Shown piece by piece: positions 51,363-60,698 of a DNA stretch of 64,000 nt. The first letter of the stretch is position 1; each line of letters begins with the position of its first letter. The DNA is from Amaricoccus sp. (GTDB taxonomy: Bacteria > Pseudomonadota > Alphaproteobacteria > Rhodobacterales > Rhodobacteraceae). A model generated the notes under the pieces. The model searched no databases, had not been told where the DNA came from, and saw only the letters and a list, made by a program, of their open reading frames with translations. The DNA is taken from assembly GCA_046348955.1 (NCBI GenBank), contig JAXMDG010000009.1, positions 27,465 through 91,464 of the forward strand, written 5' to 3'. The position numbers and the translations under genes were made by a program.

Positions 51363-53431
51363 CCGAAAGCTCCGCCGATGCGCGGCGCCTGCTCGGCGAG
51401 GTCTTCGGCTTTTCAGGCTTCCGCCCAGGCCAGGAGGAGATCGTCGCGGCGATCGAGGCCGGGCGCGACGTGCTCGCCATCATGCCGACCGGGGGCGGCA
51501 AGTCGCTGCTGTTCCAGCTGCCGGCGCTGACCCGGCCCGGCGTCGCGCTGGTGATCTCGCCGCTGATCGCGCTGATGCGCGACCAGGTGCGCGCGCTGCG
51601 GGCGGCGGGTGTCTCGGCCGGGGCGCTGACCTCGGGCAACAGCCCGGAGGACAACGAGGCAGTGTTCGGGGCGATCGACCGGGGCGAGCTGAAGCTGCTC
51701 TATATCGCGCCCGAGCGGCTGGCCTCGCCCGGCGCGGGGGCGCTGATGAAGCGGCTCGACGTGACGCTGCTCGCGGTCGACGAGGCGCATTGCGTCAGCC
51801 AGTGGGGGCACGATTTCCGCCCCGACTATCTGCGGATCGGCGCCCTGCGCGCGCTGCTCGGCGGCGTGCAGACCGTCGCCCTGACCGCGACCGCCGATGC
51901 CGAGACCCGGGCCGAGATCGTGGCGCGGCTGTTCGGCGAGGGCAAGCCGCTCACCTTCCTGCGCGGCTTCGACCGGCCGAACCTGTCGCTGGCCTTCGCC
52001 GCCAAGGACAATCCGCGCAAGCAGATCCTCGATTTCGTGGGGGCGCGCAAAGGGCTCTCCGGCATCGTCTATTGCGCGAGCCGGGCGCGCACCGAGACGC
52101 TGGCGGGCGCGCTGACCGACGCGGGCCACCATGCGCTCGCCTATCATGCCGGGCAGGACGACGAGGAGCGGCGGCGCGGCGAGGCGCGGTTCCAGCGGGT
52201 CGACGGGCTCGTGGTCTGCGCGACCATCGCCTTCGGGATGGGTATCGACAAGCCCGACATCCGCTATGTCGCCCATGCCGACCTGCCCAAATCCATCGAG
52301 GGCTATTACCAGGAGATCGGGCGGGCGGGACGCGACGGGGCGCCGGCCGACACGCTGACGCTCTATGGCGCCGACGATATCCGCCTGCGCCGCGCGCAGA
52401 TCGACGAGAGCACCGCGCCGTTGGAGCGCAAGGAAGCGGACCACAAGCGGCTCAACGCGCTGCTCGGTCTGGCCGAGGCCAAGCGCTGCCGCCGCAAGAC
52501 CCTGCTCGCCTATTTCGGCGAGACCCTGGCCGAGCCCTGCGGCAATTGCGATCTCTGCCGCAACCGGCCGATGCTGTTCGACGCGACCGAGGCGGCGCGC
52601 AAGGCCTTCTCGGCGATCCTGCGCACCGGCGAGAGCTTCGGCGCCGACCATCTGATCGCGATCCTGCGCGGCGAGAAATCCGAGAAGGTGCTGCGCCGCG
52701 GCCATGACCGCCTGCCGACCTTCGGCGTCGGCAAGGACCTGGCGCGGCCGCAATGGCAGACGATCTTCCGCCAGATGATGGGGCTCGACCTGATCCGCCC
52801 CGATCCGAGCCGCCACGGCGCGCTCCGGCTGACCGAGGCGGCGCGCCCCGTCCTGCGCGGCGAGGAGGCGCTGGAGCTGCGCGCCGACACCGTGGCGCGC
52901 GCCGGTGCCGCGCCGGAGCGGCGGGTGCTCGCCCAGGTCGCCGAGGAGGACGAGGGGCTGCTGTCCGCGCTCAAGGCCAGGCGCCGGGCGCTGGCCGAGG
53001 AAGCCGGGGTGCCGGCCTATGTGATCTTCCCCGACCGGACGCTGATCGAGATGGCGACCGAGCGGCCGCAGACGCTCGACGGCCTGCGCGGCATCACCGG
53101 GGTCGGCGCGGCCAAGCTGGAGCGCTTTGGCACCGACTTCCTCGCCATCATCACCGGCGAGGCGCCGGCGCCGGTCCATCCGGCGCGGCTGCGGCTGGCG
53201 GGCCAGCCCGAGGCCGCGCTGCACGACCGGCTGCAGGCGGTCCAGGTCGCGCTCGCCCGCGGGCCGGACGGGCGGGCCAAGTTCCTGTCCTGCACCCAGT
53301 CGACGCTGGCCAAGATCGCCGAGCTGCGCCCGCGCGACCTGGAGGCGCTGGAGCAGGTGCAGGGGATGGGACCGCTCAAGACCGAGCGGTTCGGCCCGGC
53401 CTTCCTGGAGGCGCTGCGGGACGAGGGTTGA
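51359..53431 (+). CDS. recQ: DNA helicase RecQ (two HRDC-like domains)
   Basis: PTGGGKS, DEAHCVSQWGHDFRP, QEIGRAGRDG, Zn motif CGNCDLC. Confidence 0.95.
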   Translation: MTESSADARRLLGEVFGFSGFRPGQEEIVAAIEAGRDVLAIMPTGGGKSLLFQLPALTRPGVALVISPLIALMRDQVRALRAAGVSAGALTSGNSPEDNEAVFGAIDRGELKLLYIAPERLASPGAGALMKRLDVTLLAVDEAHCVSQWGHDFRPDYLRIGALRALLGGVQTVALTATADAETRAEIVARLFGEGKPLTFLRGFDRPNLSLAFAAKDNPRKQILDFVGARKGLSGIVYCASRARTETLAGALTDAGHHALAYHAGQDDEERRRGEARFQRVDGLVVCATIAFGMGIDKPDIRYVAHADLPKSIEGYYQEIGRAGRDGAPADTLTLYGADDIRLRRAQIDESTAPLERKEADHKRLNALLGLAEAKRCRRKTLLAYFGETLAEPCGNCDLCRNRPMLFDATEAARKAFSAILRTGESFGADHLIAILRGEKSEKVLRRGHDRLPTFGVGKDLARPQWQTIFRQMMGLDLIRPDPSRHGALRLTEAARPVLRGEEALELRADTVARAGAAPERRVLAQVAEEDEGLLSALKARRRALAEEAGVPAYVIFPDRTLIEMATERPQTLDGLRGITGVGAAKLERFGTDFLAIITGEAPAPVHPARLRLAGQPEAALHDRLQAVQVALARGPDGRAKFLSCTQSTLAKIAELRPRDLEALEQVQGMGPLKTERFGPAFLEALRDEG

Positions 53432-53510
53432 GACGCGCCAGTTTGTCGGTTTCCCCGGGCGGGGAAACTGGCTAGCGTGCGCGCCAACCCATCCTCGAGG
53501 AGTCGCGCCC

Positions 53511-53975
53511 ATGTCGTCGGTCATCGATGCCCGCCTTGAAGAGCTCGGCCTGACGCTGCCCGAAGCGCCGGCCCCGGCCGCGAACTACGTGCCCTTCGTC
53601 AAGACGGGGCATCTCGTCTTCATCTCGGGCCAGATCAGCCGCGACGAGACGGGCTTCATCCTCGGCAAGCTCGGCCAGGATATCGGCCCCGAACGCGGCT
53701 ACGAGGCGGCGCGGGCCTGCGCGCTGGCCTTGATCGCCCAGCTCAAGGTCGCCTGCGGCGGCGATCTCGACCGGCTGGTGCGGGTCGTCAAGCTGACCGG
53801 CTTCGTCAATGCGACGCCCGACTTCACCGACCATCCGAAGGTCGTGAACGGCGCTTCGGACCTCTTCGCCGAGGTGTTCGGCGAGCGGGGCCGGCATGCG
53901 CGCGCCGCGGTCGGCTCGGTCTCGCTGCCGCTCGGCGTCGCGGTCGAGGTCGAGGGCGTTTTCGAGATTGCCTGA
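53511..53975 (+). CDS. RidA/YjgF family protein
   Basis: ANYVP, SGQ, VNGASDL, HARAAVG...VEVE. Confidence 0.88.
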   Translation: MSSVIDARLEELGLTLPEAPAPAANYVPFVKTGHLVFISGQISRDETGFILGKLGQDIGPERGYEAARACALALIAQLKVACGGDLDRLVRVVKLTGFVNATPDFTDHPKVVNGASDLFAEVFGERGRHARAAVGSVSLPLGVAVEVEGVFEIA

Positions 53976-54729
53976 TCTCGCCCCGGATTTCCGCCGCATC
54001 CCGCTCGCCCATCGCGGGCTCCATGGGGCCGGGCTGCCGGAAAACAGCCTCGCGGCGGCGCGGGCGGCGATCGCGGCCGGCTACGGGATCGAATGCGATC
54101 TCCAGCTCGCGGCCGATGGCGTGCCGATGGTGTTCCACGACGACGAGCTCGGGCGCCTGACCGGCCGGACCGGCCGGGTCGACGCGCTGACCGCGGCCGA
54201 GCTGGCGCGCCTGCCGCTCGGCGGCACGGCCGAGACGATCCCGACGCTCGCCGACCTGCTGGATCTGGTGGCGGGCCGGGTGCCGCTGCTGATCGAGATC
54301 AAGGACCAGACCGGAACGCTCTCGCCCGGGCCGGACCGGCTGGAGGACGCCACCGCCGCGGTCCTGGCCGCCTATCGCGGTCCGGTCGCGCTCATGTCCT
54401 TCAATCCGCATTCGGTGGCGGCCCTGGCGCGGCTGGCCCCGGGGATCGCCCGTGGCCTGACGAGCTGCGCCTTTCCCGCTTGGGATTGGCCGCTGCCGGT
54501 GGAGCGGCGCGCCGCTCTGGCGGCGCTCGGCGATTTCGACGCGGTCGGGGCGAGCTTCGTTTCGCACGATCGCGCCGACCTCGCCAATCCGGCCGTCCTG
54601 GCCCTGAAGGCGCGGGGCGTGCCGATCCTGTGCTGGACCGTGCGCGGCGCCGAGGCCGAGGCCAGGGCCCGCGCGGTCGCCGACAACATCACCTTCGAGG
54701 GCTACGCGCCGGCGATCCCCGCGGCGTGA
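53968..54729 (+). CDS. Glycerophosphodiester phosphodiesterase family protein
   Basis: AHRGL, PENS, IECD, VFHD, IEIK; TTG start assumed. Confidence 0.88.
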   Translation: MPDLAPDFRRIPLAHRGLHGAGLPENSLAAARAAIAAGYGIECDLQLAADGVPMVFHDDELGRLTGRTGRVDALTAAELARLPLGGTAETIPTLADLLDLVAGRVPLLIEIKDQTGTLSPGPDRLEDATAAVLAAYRGPVALMSFNPHSVAALARLAPGIARGLTSCAFPAWDWPLPVERRAALAALGDFDAVGASFVSHDRADLANPAVLALKARGVPILCWTVRGAEAEARARAVADNITFEGYAPAIPAA

Positions 54730-54799
54730 TCTCGGCCGAGGGGAGGTTGACGGGCGGCCGCCGCCGCCCATTTCTGGTGCAGCGCAACGGAGGGGCGGC

Positions 54800-55984
54800 A
54801 TGGACGGCGGCACCATCGAGATCGCGGTCCTCGAGGCGATCGCCGGGATCGCGCCGGCCGAGTGGGACGCCTGCGCCTGCCCGGAGGGCAGTCCGCCGGT
54901 CGATCCCTTCACCACCCACCGCTTCCTGGCGGCGCTGGAGGAGTCCCGCTCGGTCGGCCGGCGCTCGGGCTGGATCCCGCGGCATCTGGTGGCCCGGCAT
55001 GACGGCGCGGCGATCGCCGTCATGCCGCTCTATGCCAAGCTCAACAGCCAGGGCGAGTATATCTTCGATCACAATTGGGCGCATGCCTACGAATCGGCCG
55101 GCGGGCGCTACTATCCCAAGCTGCAGGCGGCGGTGCCCTTCACCCCCGCAACGGGACGGCGCTTCCTGACCCGCCCCGGCTTCGAGGCGACCGGACGGGC
55201 GGCGCTGACCGAGGGCGCGCTGCGCCTGGCCGAGCGGATCGGCGCCTCCTCGCTGCATGTCACCTTCTGCACCGAGGACGAGGCGGATTGGGGCGCCGCG
55301 ACCGGGCTGCTGCGGCGGGCGAGCCAGCAGTTCCATTGGGAAAATCGCGGCTATGCCAGCTTCGAGGCATTCCTCGGCGACCTCGCCTCGCGCAAGCGCA
55401 AGGCGATCCGCAAGGAGCGCGCGCAGGCGCAGGGTTTCGGTGGCGAGATCGTCTGCCTGACCGGGGCGCAGATCGCGCCCGAGCATTGGGACGCGTTCTG
55501 GTGCTTCTACCAGGATACCGGATCGCGCAAATGGGGCAGCCCCTATCTGACGCGCGCCTTCTTCGAGCGCGCCCAGGCGGTGCTGCGCGACGACATCCTG
55601 TTGGTCCTCGCCCGGCGCGGCGGTCGCTGGGTCGCCGGGGCGTTGAACTTCATCGGGCGCGACACGCTCTTTGGCCGCTATTGGGGCTGTATCGAGGAGC
55701 ATCCCTGCCTGCATTTCGAGCTCTGCTATTATCAGGCGATCGAGTGGGCGATCGTCCATGGCAAGGCGCGGGTCGAGGCCGGCGCCCAGGGCGAGCACAA
55801 GCTGGCGCGCGGCTATCTGCCCAGCGCCACCCATTCGCTGCACTGGATCGCCGATCCGGGCCTCGCCCGGGCCGTGGAGCGCTTCCTCGAGGCGGAGACC
55901 AGGGCGGTCGGCGAGGAGATCGAGGTCCTGACGGCCTACGGCCCGTTTCGCCGCGGCTGCGACGCCCCGCCCGAGCAGGACTAG
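54800..55984 (+). CDS. GNAT-fold FemAB-like protein (DUF482)
   Basis: GEYIFDHNWA, YYPKL...PFTP, LHFELCYYQ, GAQGEHKLARG. Confidence 0.85.
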   Translation: MDGGTIEIAVLEAIAGIAPAEWDACACPEGSPPVDPFTTHRFLAALEESRSVGRRSGWIPRHLVARHDGAAIAVMPLYAKLNSQGEYIFDHNWAHAYESAGGRYYPKLQAAVPFTPATGRRFLTRPGFEATGRAALTEGALRLAERIGASSLHVTFCTEDEADWGAATGLLRRASQQFHWENRGYASFEAFLGDLASRKRKAIRKERAQAQGFGGEIVCLTGAQIAPEHWDAFWCFYQDTGSRKWGSPYLTRAFFERAQAVLRDDILLVLARRGGRWVAGALNFIGRDTLFGRYWGCIEEHPCLHFELCYYQAIEWAIVHGKARVEAGAQGEHKLARGYLPSATHSLHWIADPGLARAVERFLEAETRAVGEEIEVLTAYGPFRRGCDAPPEQD

Positions 55985-56135
55985 GATTTGAGCCCCGGGG
56001 GGGGGGGGCCGGGGGGGCTGGGCTGAGGACGGGCCCGCTCTTCCCTGCGGCACGCCATTGCGTCCGCCATTCCAGAACCGAGGGCGTGCGAGCATCCCGG
56101 GGAGCGCCCTCTCGCGCCGCGCGGGTTAAAATCGG

Positions 56136-56199
56136 GTGAATGGATTTCGATAAATCGTTTTAAATCAGTGTGATAGCATTTGTCGCACGCGTGCGACTC
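56136..56199. repeat. Palindrome + IHF-like module, copy 5
   Basis: GTCGCACGCGTGCGAC (56182-56197); AATCAG-TGTG-ATA at 56163. Confidence 0.82.
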
Positions 56200-56223
56200 C
56201 GCGCCGCGCGCGGGCGCGTCCGC

Positions 56224-56589
56224 TCATTGCCCGGCATGGAGCTTGCACAGGCATTCGACCGGCTCGGAATGGTCGCGCTGGACCGGGGCATCCGGGCCGG
56301 CCAGCGCGTCCATCTTGCGGGCGAGCGCGAGGTCGAGCGCGCTCAGCCCGTCGCAGGAATGCGTGGTCAGCGTCACGTCGACCACGTTGTAGATATTGGT
56401 CCATTCGGGGTGATGGTTCAGCTTCTCGGCCGCGAGCGCCGCGCGGGCCATGAAGCCCCAGGCCTCCGAGAAGCTCCCGAACTTCCAGATCTTGCGGATC
56501 GCGTCGCGCGCGGGATCGCCGCCCCAGCCCGTCGCGCCCAGCGCCGGCAGATCGCGCTCCCGCTCCTCGCTCGTCAGCTTCTCGGCCAT
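56224..56589 (-). CDS. phhB: Pterin-4-alpha-carbinolamine dehydratase
   Basis: AEKLNHHPEW...LTTH..DGLS..D. Confidence 0.92.
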   Translation of the reverse strand: MAEKLTSEERERDLPALGATGWGGDPARDAIRKIWKFGSFSEAWGFMARAALAAEKLNHHPEWTNIYNVVDVTLTTHSCDGLSALDLALARKMDALAGPDAPVQRDHSEPVECLCKLHAGQ

Positions 56590-56609
56590 GCGTGGCGTCC
56601 CCCTCGTGC

Positions 56610-57758
56610 TCAGCTTGCGCCCTTCGCGCCCGGCTCGCAAGGGCCTGCGCCCGGCCGGCGCCGCGGCCGGGCCAGGCGGTGGCGCAGGAAAAAGCGCAGC
56701 ATCTCGCGCGAGGCGTCGGGGCCGGCGGGGTCGGTGAAGCTGCCGGCGGGATGGCCGCCGGACCAGCCATGGCCCGAGCCCTGGATCAGCCAATGCTCGG
56801 CCACCGGCCGGCCGCGCCCGACCCGGTGCACGGTCCGCACATAGCCCCGCCCGCCCGGGACGCGCCCGGTCCGCACGCTGGCGGTCAGGCCGGGATAGGG
56901 CGCGATCGCCCGCAGCGCGATGTAGCGGCCGTTGCGCGCATTGACCACCGGGTCGGCCTCGCCATGGAACACGATCGTCGGGATCGCCAGCGCCGGCCGG
57001 TCGCCCGGCGCCCCGTAGCGCGCCGCGACGAGGCTCGAGCCGAGATCATGCGCCGCCCCGACCGGCATGCCGGAATGCGCGCCGACCGCCGCGAACAGGT
57101 CGGGATAGCGCGCGCCGAGCACCAGGGCGGCGCAGGCCCCGGCCGAGAGCCCGGCGACATAGACCCGCCTCGGATCGACCGGCTGCGTCGCCAGCAGGTC
57201 GCGCACGATGCCCGCGATCAGCTCGGGCTCGCCGGCGCCGCGGCCTTGATGCGGCGGCAGGTACCAGTTCCAGCAGCGCCCGCGATGCGCCTCGCGCGGC
57301 TGGCCGGGATAGGCGACGAGGAAGCGCAACTCCTCGGCGAGCGCGTTCATGCGGGTGCCGCGCGCGAAATCCTCCGGCGTCTGGGTGCAGCCATGCAGCA
57401 TGACGACGAGCGGCATCGGCTCCTCCGCGCCACGCCCGCTCGCCGGCACATAGAGCTTGTAGCCGCGCGTGCCCTCCGGCCCGGCATGGACCCGGCCGCG
57501 GAACGAGGCGCCGCGCGGGGGGCGGGGCGCCGACGCCGGCGCGGGCGTCTTCAGCCGCTGCACCGTCTCGCCGAGCGGCGCCCGGATCTTCGGTGCCGCG
57601 GTGGCCTTGGCCTTGGGCTTGCGCTTGGGCGCCGGCACCGCGGCCGGCGCGGTGAAGGCCTGCCACAGATCGGCGGCGAGCGGCAGGCGCGGTCCGGTCT
57701 TCCGGCGCCGGCCGCGCCGGGTCGAGGCCAGGGCCGGGACCGGGAAAAGGCTGATCAT
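56610..57758 (-). CDS. PHB depolymerase family esterase
   Basis: MLHGCTQ, CWNW, AGLSAG, FHG.AD, HGWSGG...GPDAS. Confidence 0.88.
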   Translation of the reverse strand: MISLFPVPALASTRRGRRRKTGPRLPLAADLWQAFTAPAAVPAPKRKPKAKATAAPKIRAPLGETVQRLKTPAPASAPRPPRGASFRGRVHAGPEGTRGYKLYVPASGRGAEEPMPLVVMLHGCTQTPEDFARGTRMNALAEELRFLVAYPGQPREAHRGRCWNWYLPPHQGRGAGEPELIAGIVRDLLATQPVDPRRVYVAGLSAGACAALVLGARYPDLFAAVGAHSGMPVGAAHDLGSSLVAARYGAPGDRPALAIPTIVFHGEADPVVNARNGRYIALRAIAPYPGLTASVRTGRVPGGRGYVRTVHRVGRGRPVAEHWLIQGSGHGWSGGHPAGSFTDPAGPDASREMLRFFLRHRLARPRRRPGAGPCEPGAKGAS

Positions 57759-57975
57759 CGATTCTCCCCTTCCTCCCGTCGGCGCCGTGATCGCACCCCC
57801 CATCCTTCGGCGCAAGCCGCAGCCCTGGCACAGGCCGCGTCCCGCCCACCGCCGTCGCGCATCGAGCCCGCGATCGGCGCAGGGGCGGCCCGCCGGCATC
57901 GCGCGGCGCTCGGCCCTTGCCGGTTGTGGCCAAGGGCTTTAATGCAGGGGGGCATCCGCGATCACGAGGCCGCTC

Positions 57976-58827
57976 ATGTCCCCCAGCGACCCCCAGCTGC
58001 TTGTCTCGACCGCCTGGCTGGCGGCGCATCTCGCGGCCCCCGACCTGCGCATCCTCGATGCCAGCTGGCACATGCCCGGCTCGGGCCGCGACGCCTATGC
58101 CGAGTATCGGGCGCAGCATATCCCCGGCGCCCGCTTCTTCGATATCGACGAGATCTCGGACGACCAGTCCGACCTGCCGCACATGGCGCCGCCGGTCGAG
58201 AAGTTCATCAGCCGGATGCGCGCGATGGGCATCGGCGACGGCCACCGGGTCGTGGTCTATGACAGCCTCGGCCTGTTCAGCGCCGCCCGGGTCTGGTGGC
58301 TGTTCCGCCTGTTCGGCAAGGAGGACGTCGCGGTGCTCGATGGCGGCCTGCCGAAATGGCTGGCCGAGGGACGCCCCGTCGAGGAGACGCTGCCGATCCT
58401 GCGCGACCGCCACTTCACCGCGCGCCGCGATGCCAGCCTCGTGCGCGACGTGACCCAGGTCGCCGCCAGCGCCAAGCTCGGCGACGCCCAGATCGTCGAT
58501 GCCCGCTCGCCCGGCCGGTTCCGCGGCGAGGAAGCCGAGCCGCGCCCCGGCCTGCGCTCCGGCCACATCCCCGGCGCGCTCAACGTGCATTTCCGGACGC
58601 TGCTCGAACCCGACGGAACCCTGAAGCCGCCGGCCGAGCTCGCCCGCGTCTTCGAGAGCGCCGGCGTCGATCTCGGCCGCCCGGTGATCACCAGCTGCGG
58701 CTCGGGCGTGAGCGCGGCGATCCTGGAGCTGGCGCTCGAACGGATCGGCCATCGCAACCACGCGCTCTATGACGGATCCTGGGCGGAATGGGGCGCCTAT
58801 CCCGATCTCAAGGTCGAACAGGGATGA
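57976..58827 (+). CDS. sseA: 3-mercaptopyruvate sulfurtransferase
   Basis: HIPGA, two rhodanese domains, SCGSGVSA, YDGSWAEW. Confidence 0.93.
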   Translation: MSPSDPQLLVSTAWLAAHLAAPDLRILDASWHMPGSGRDAYAEYRAQHIPGARFFDIDEISDDQSDLPHMAPPVEKFISRMRAMGIGDGHRVVVYDSLGLFSAARVWWLFRLFGKEDVAVLDGGLPKWLAEGRPVEETLPILRDRHFTARRDASLVRDVTQVAASAKLGDAQIVDARSPGRFRGEEAEPRPGLRSGHIPGALNVHFRTLLEPDGTLKPPAELARVFESAGVDLGRPVITSCGSGVSAAILELALERIGHRNHALYDGSWAEWGAYPDLKVEQG

Positions 58828-59381
58828 AACACCGCGCCGGCGAGCGGGTCGAGACGACCGTCACCTTCCTCGAGATGACCGCCCGGCCGGCCCATCCCCG
58901 GCCCCATATGCCGACCGGCCAGGTCTCGATGCTGGTCGCCGCGGTCAAGCCGCCGGTCTGGTACTTCCTCGACCTCTATGACGCGGTCGGCCGGGAATAT
59001 GAATGGACCGACCAGCACGAGCGGCCCGAGCCCGAGCTCGCCGAGCTGCTCGACCACCCCGAGGTCGCGCTCTGCACCCTGATCCGCGGCGGCTGGCCGA
59101 ACGGCTTCTTCCTGCTCGACGGACGCGAATCCGAGACCTGCCATCTCGCTTATTTCGGCCTGGTGCCGCAGGCGATCGGGCGCGGGCTCGGCAGCTTCCT
59201 GCTCTATTCCGCGCTGCACATGGCCTGGGACCGGCCCGGAACCGAGCGCGTGACCGTCAATACCAACTCGCTCGACCATCCCCGCGCGCTGCCGCTCTAC
59301 CAGAAGGCGGGCTTCGTCCCGGTCCGGCGCGAGACCCGCAGCCGCGTGCTCACCCGCGATCGCGACCTGGTCGGCGCCTGA
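58824..59381 (+). CDS. GNAT family N-acetyltransferase
   Basis: YFGLVP.AIGRGLG, LDHPRALPLYQKAGF. Confidence 0.85.
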   Translation: MKHRAGERVETTVTFLEMTARPAHPRPHMPTGQVSMLVAAVKPPVWYFLDLYDAVGREYEWTDQHERPEPELAELLDHPEVALCTLIRGGWPNGFFLLDGRESETCHLAYFGLVPQAIGRGLGSFLLYSALHMAWDRPGTERVTVNTNSLDHPRALPLYQKAGFVPVRRETRSRVLTRDRDLVGA

Positions 59382-59410
59382 CCGACCGCACGCCCATCCG
59401 AGGATCCGCC

Positions 59411-60595
59411 ATGCTCGAGACCCTGAAGGCCCCCCCTCCCGACAAGATCATCGAGCTGATCGGCCTCTTTGCCGCCGATCCGCGCCAGGACAAGCTCGAT
59501 CTCGGCGTCGGGGTCTACAAGGACATCGACGGCCGGACCCCGATCATGCGCTCGGTCAAGACGGCCGAGCAGCGGCTCTGGCAGAGCCAGACCACCAAGA
59601 CCTATGGCGCGCTCCTGGGCGATTCGACGTTTCTCGCCGGCATGCAGGCGCTGATCTTCGGCGAGGCGGTGGCGGCCGACCGGATCGCCGCGGCCCAGAC
59701 CCCGGGCGGCACCGGCGCGGTGCGCCAGCTCTTCGAGCTGGCCCGGATCGCCAATCCGGGCACGACGGTCTGGCTGTCCGAGCCGACCTGGCCGAACCAT
59801 CCGGCGATCCTGAAGCATCTCGGGCTGCCGGTCCGGACCTACCGCTATTTCGATCCCACGACGCTCGGCGTCGATTTCGCCGGCCTGGTCGCCGATCTGG
59901 GCGAGGCGGCGGCCGGTGACCTCGTGCTGCTGCATGGCTGCTGCCACAACCCGACCGGCGCCAATCTCGACCTCGCGCAATGGCGGGCGCTGAGCGATCT
60001 CTGCGTGGCGCGCGGCCTGCTGCCGATGATCGACCTTGCCTATCAGGGGTTCGGCGACGGGCTCGAAGAGGATGTCGCGGGCCTCCGGCACATGGCGGGC
60101 GCCGTGCCCGAACTGCTCGTCGCCGCGAGCTGCTCCAAGAATTTCGGCGTCTATCGCGATCGGGTCGGCGCGGCCTTCGCGATCTGCGCGGTGCCGGCCT
60201 CGGTCCCGGCGACGCGGGGCAATCTCGGCACGCTGAACCGGCTGACCTATTCCTTTCCGCCCGACCACGGCGCGGCCCTGGTGGGCATGATCCTCGCCGA
60301 CCCCGCATTGCGCGCGGACTGGCAGGCCGAGCTCGAGGCGATGCGGCTCAACATGCTCACCCTGCGCGAAGGCCTGGCCGACGCGCTGCGCCGGGCCAGC
60401 AATTCCGACCGGTTCGATTTCATCGCCCGGCATCGCGGCATGTTTTCGCGGATCGGCGCCAGCCCCGAGCAGGTGGCGGCGCTCCGGGCCGATCACGGCA
60501 TCTACATGACCGGGGACAGCCGGATCAATGTCGCGGGCCTGCCTGCGACCGGCCTCGACAAGCTCGCCGCGGCGATCGTCGCGGTCGGGGCCTGA
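59411..60595 (+). CDS. tyrB: Aromatic amino acid / aspartate aminotransferase (class Ia)
   Basis: LGVGVYK, TPGGTGA, HNPTG, DLAYQGFG, SCSKNFG. Confidence 0.85.
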   Translation: MLETLKAPPPDKIIELIGLFAADPRQDKLDLGVGVYKDIDGRTPIMRSVKTAEQRLWQSQTTKTYGALLGDSTFLAGMQALIFGEAVAADRIAAAQTPGGTGAVRQLFELARIANPGTTVWLSEPTWPNHPAILKHLGLPVRTYRYFDPTTLGVDFAGLVADLGEAAAGDLVLLHGCCHNPTGANLDLAQWRALSDLCVARGLLPMIDLAYQGFGDGLEEDVAGLRHMAGAVPELLVAASCSKNFGVYRDRVGAAFAICAVPASVPATRGNLGTLNRLTYSFPPDHGAALVGMILADPALRADWQAELEAMRLNMLTLREGLADALRRASNSDRFDFIARHRGMFSRIGASPEQVAALRADHGIYMTGDSRINVAGLPATGLDKLAAAIVAVGA

Positions 60596-60698
60596 TCGGC
60601 GCGCGACTGGCGCCAGCCTGAAAGGTCGTCGAGGGCGGCAGGGGGGGCCATGTTGGCGCTTGCGCGAACGGCCCCCCGGCGAGGGACGCGCGCGGCTT

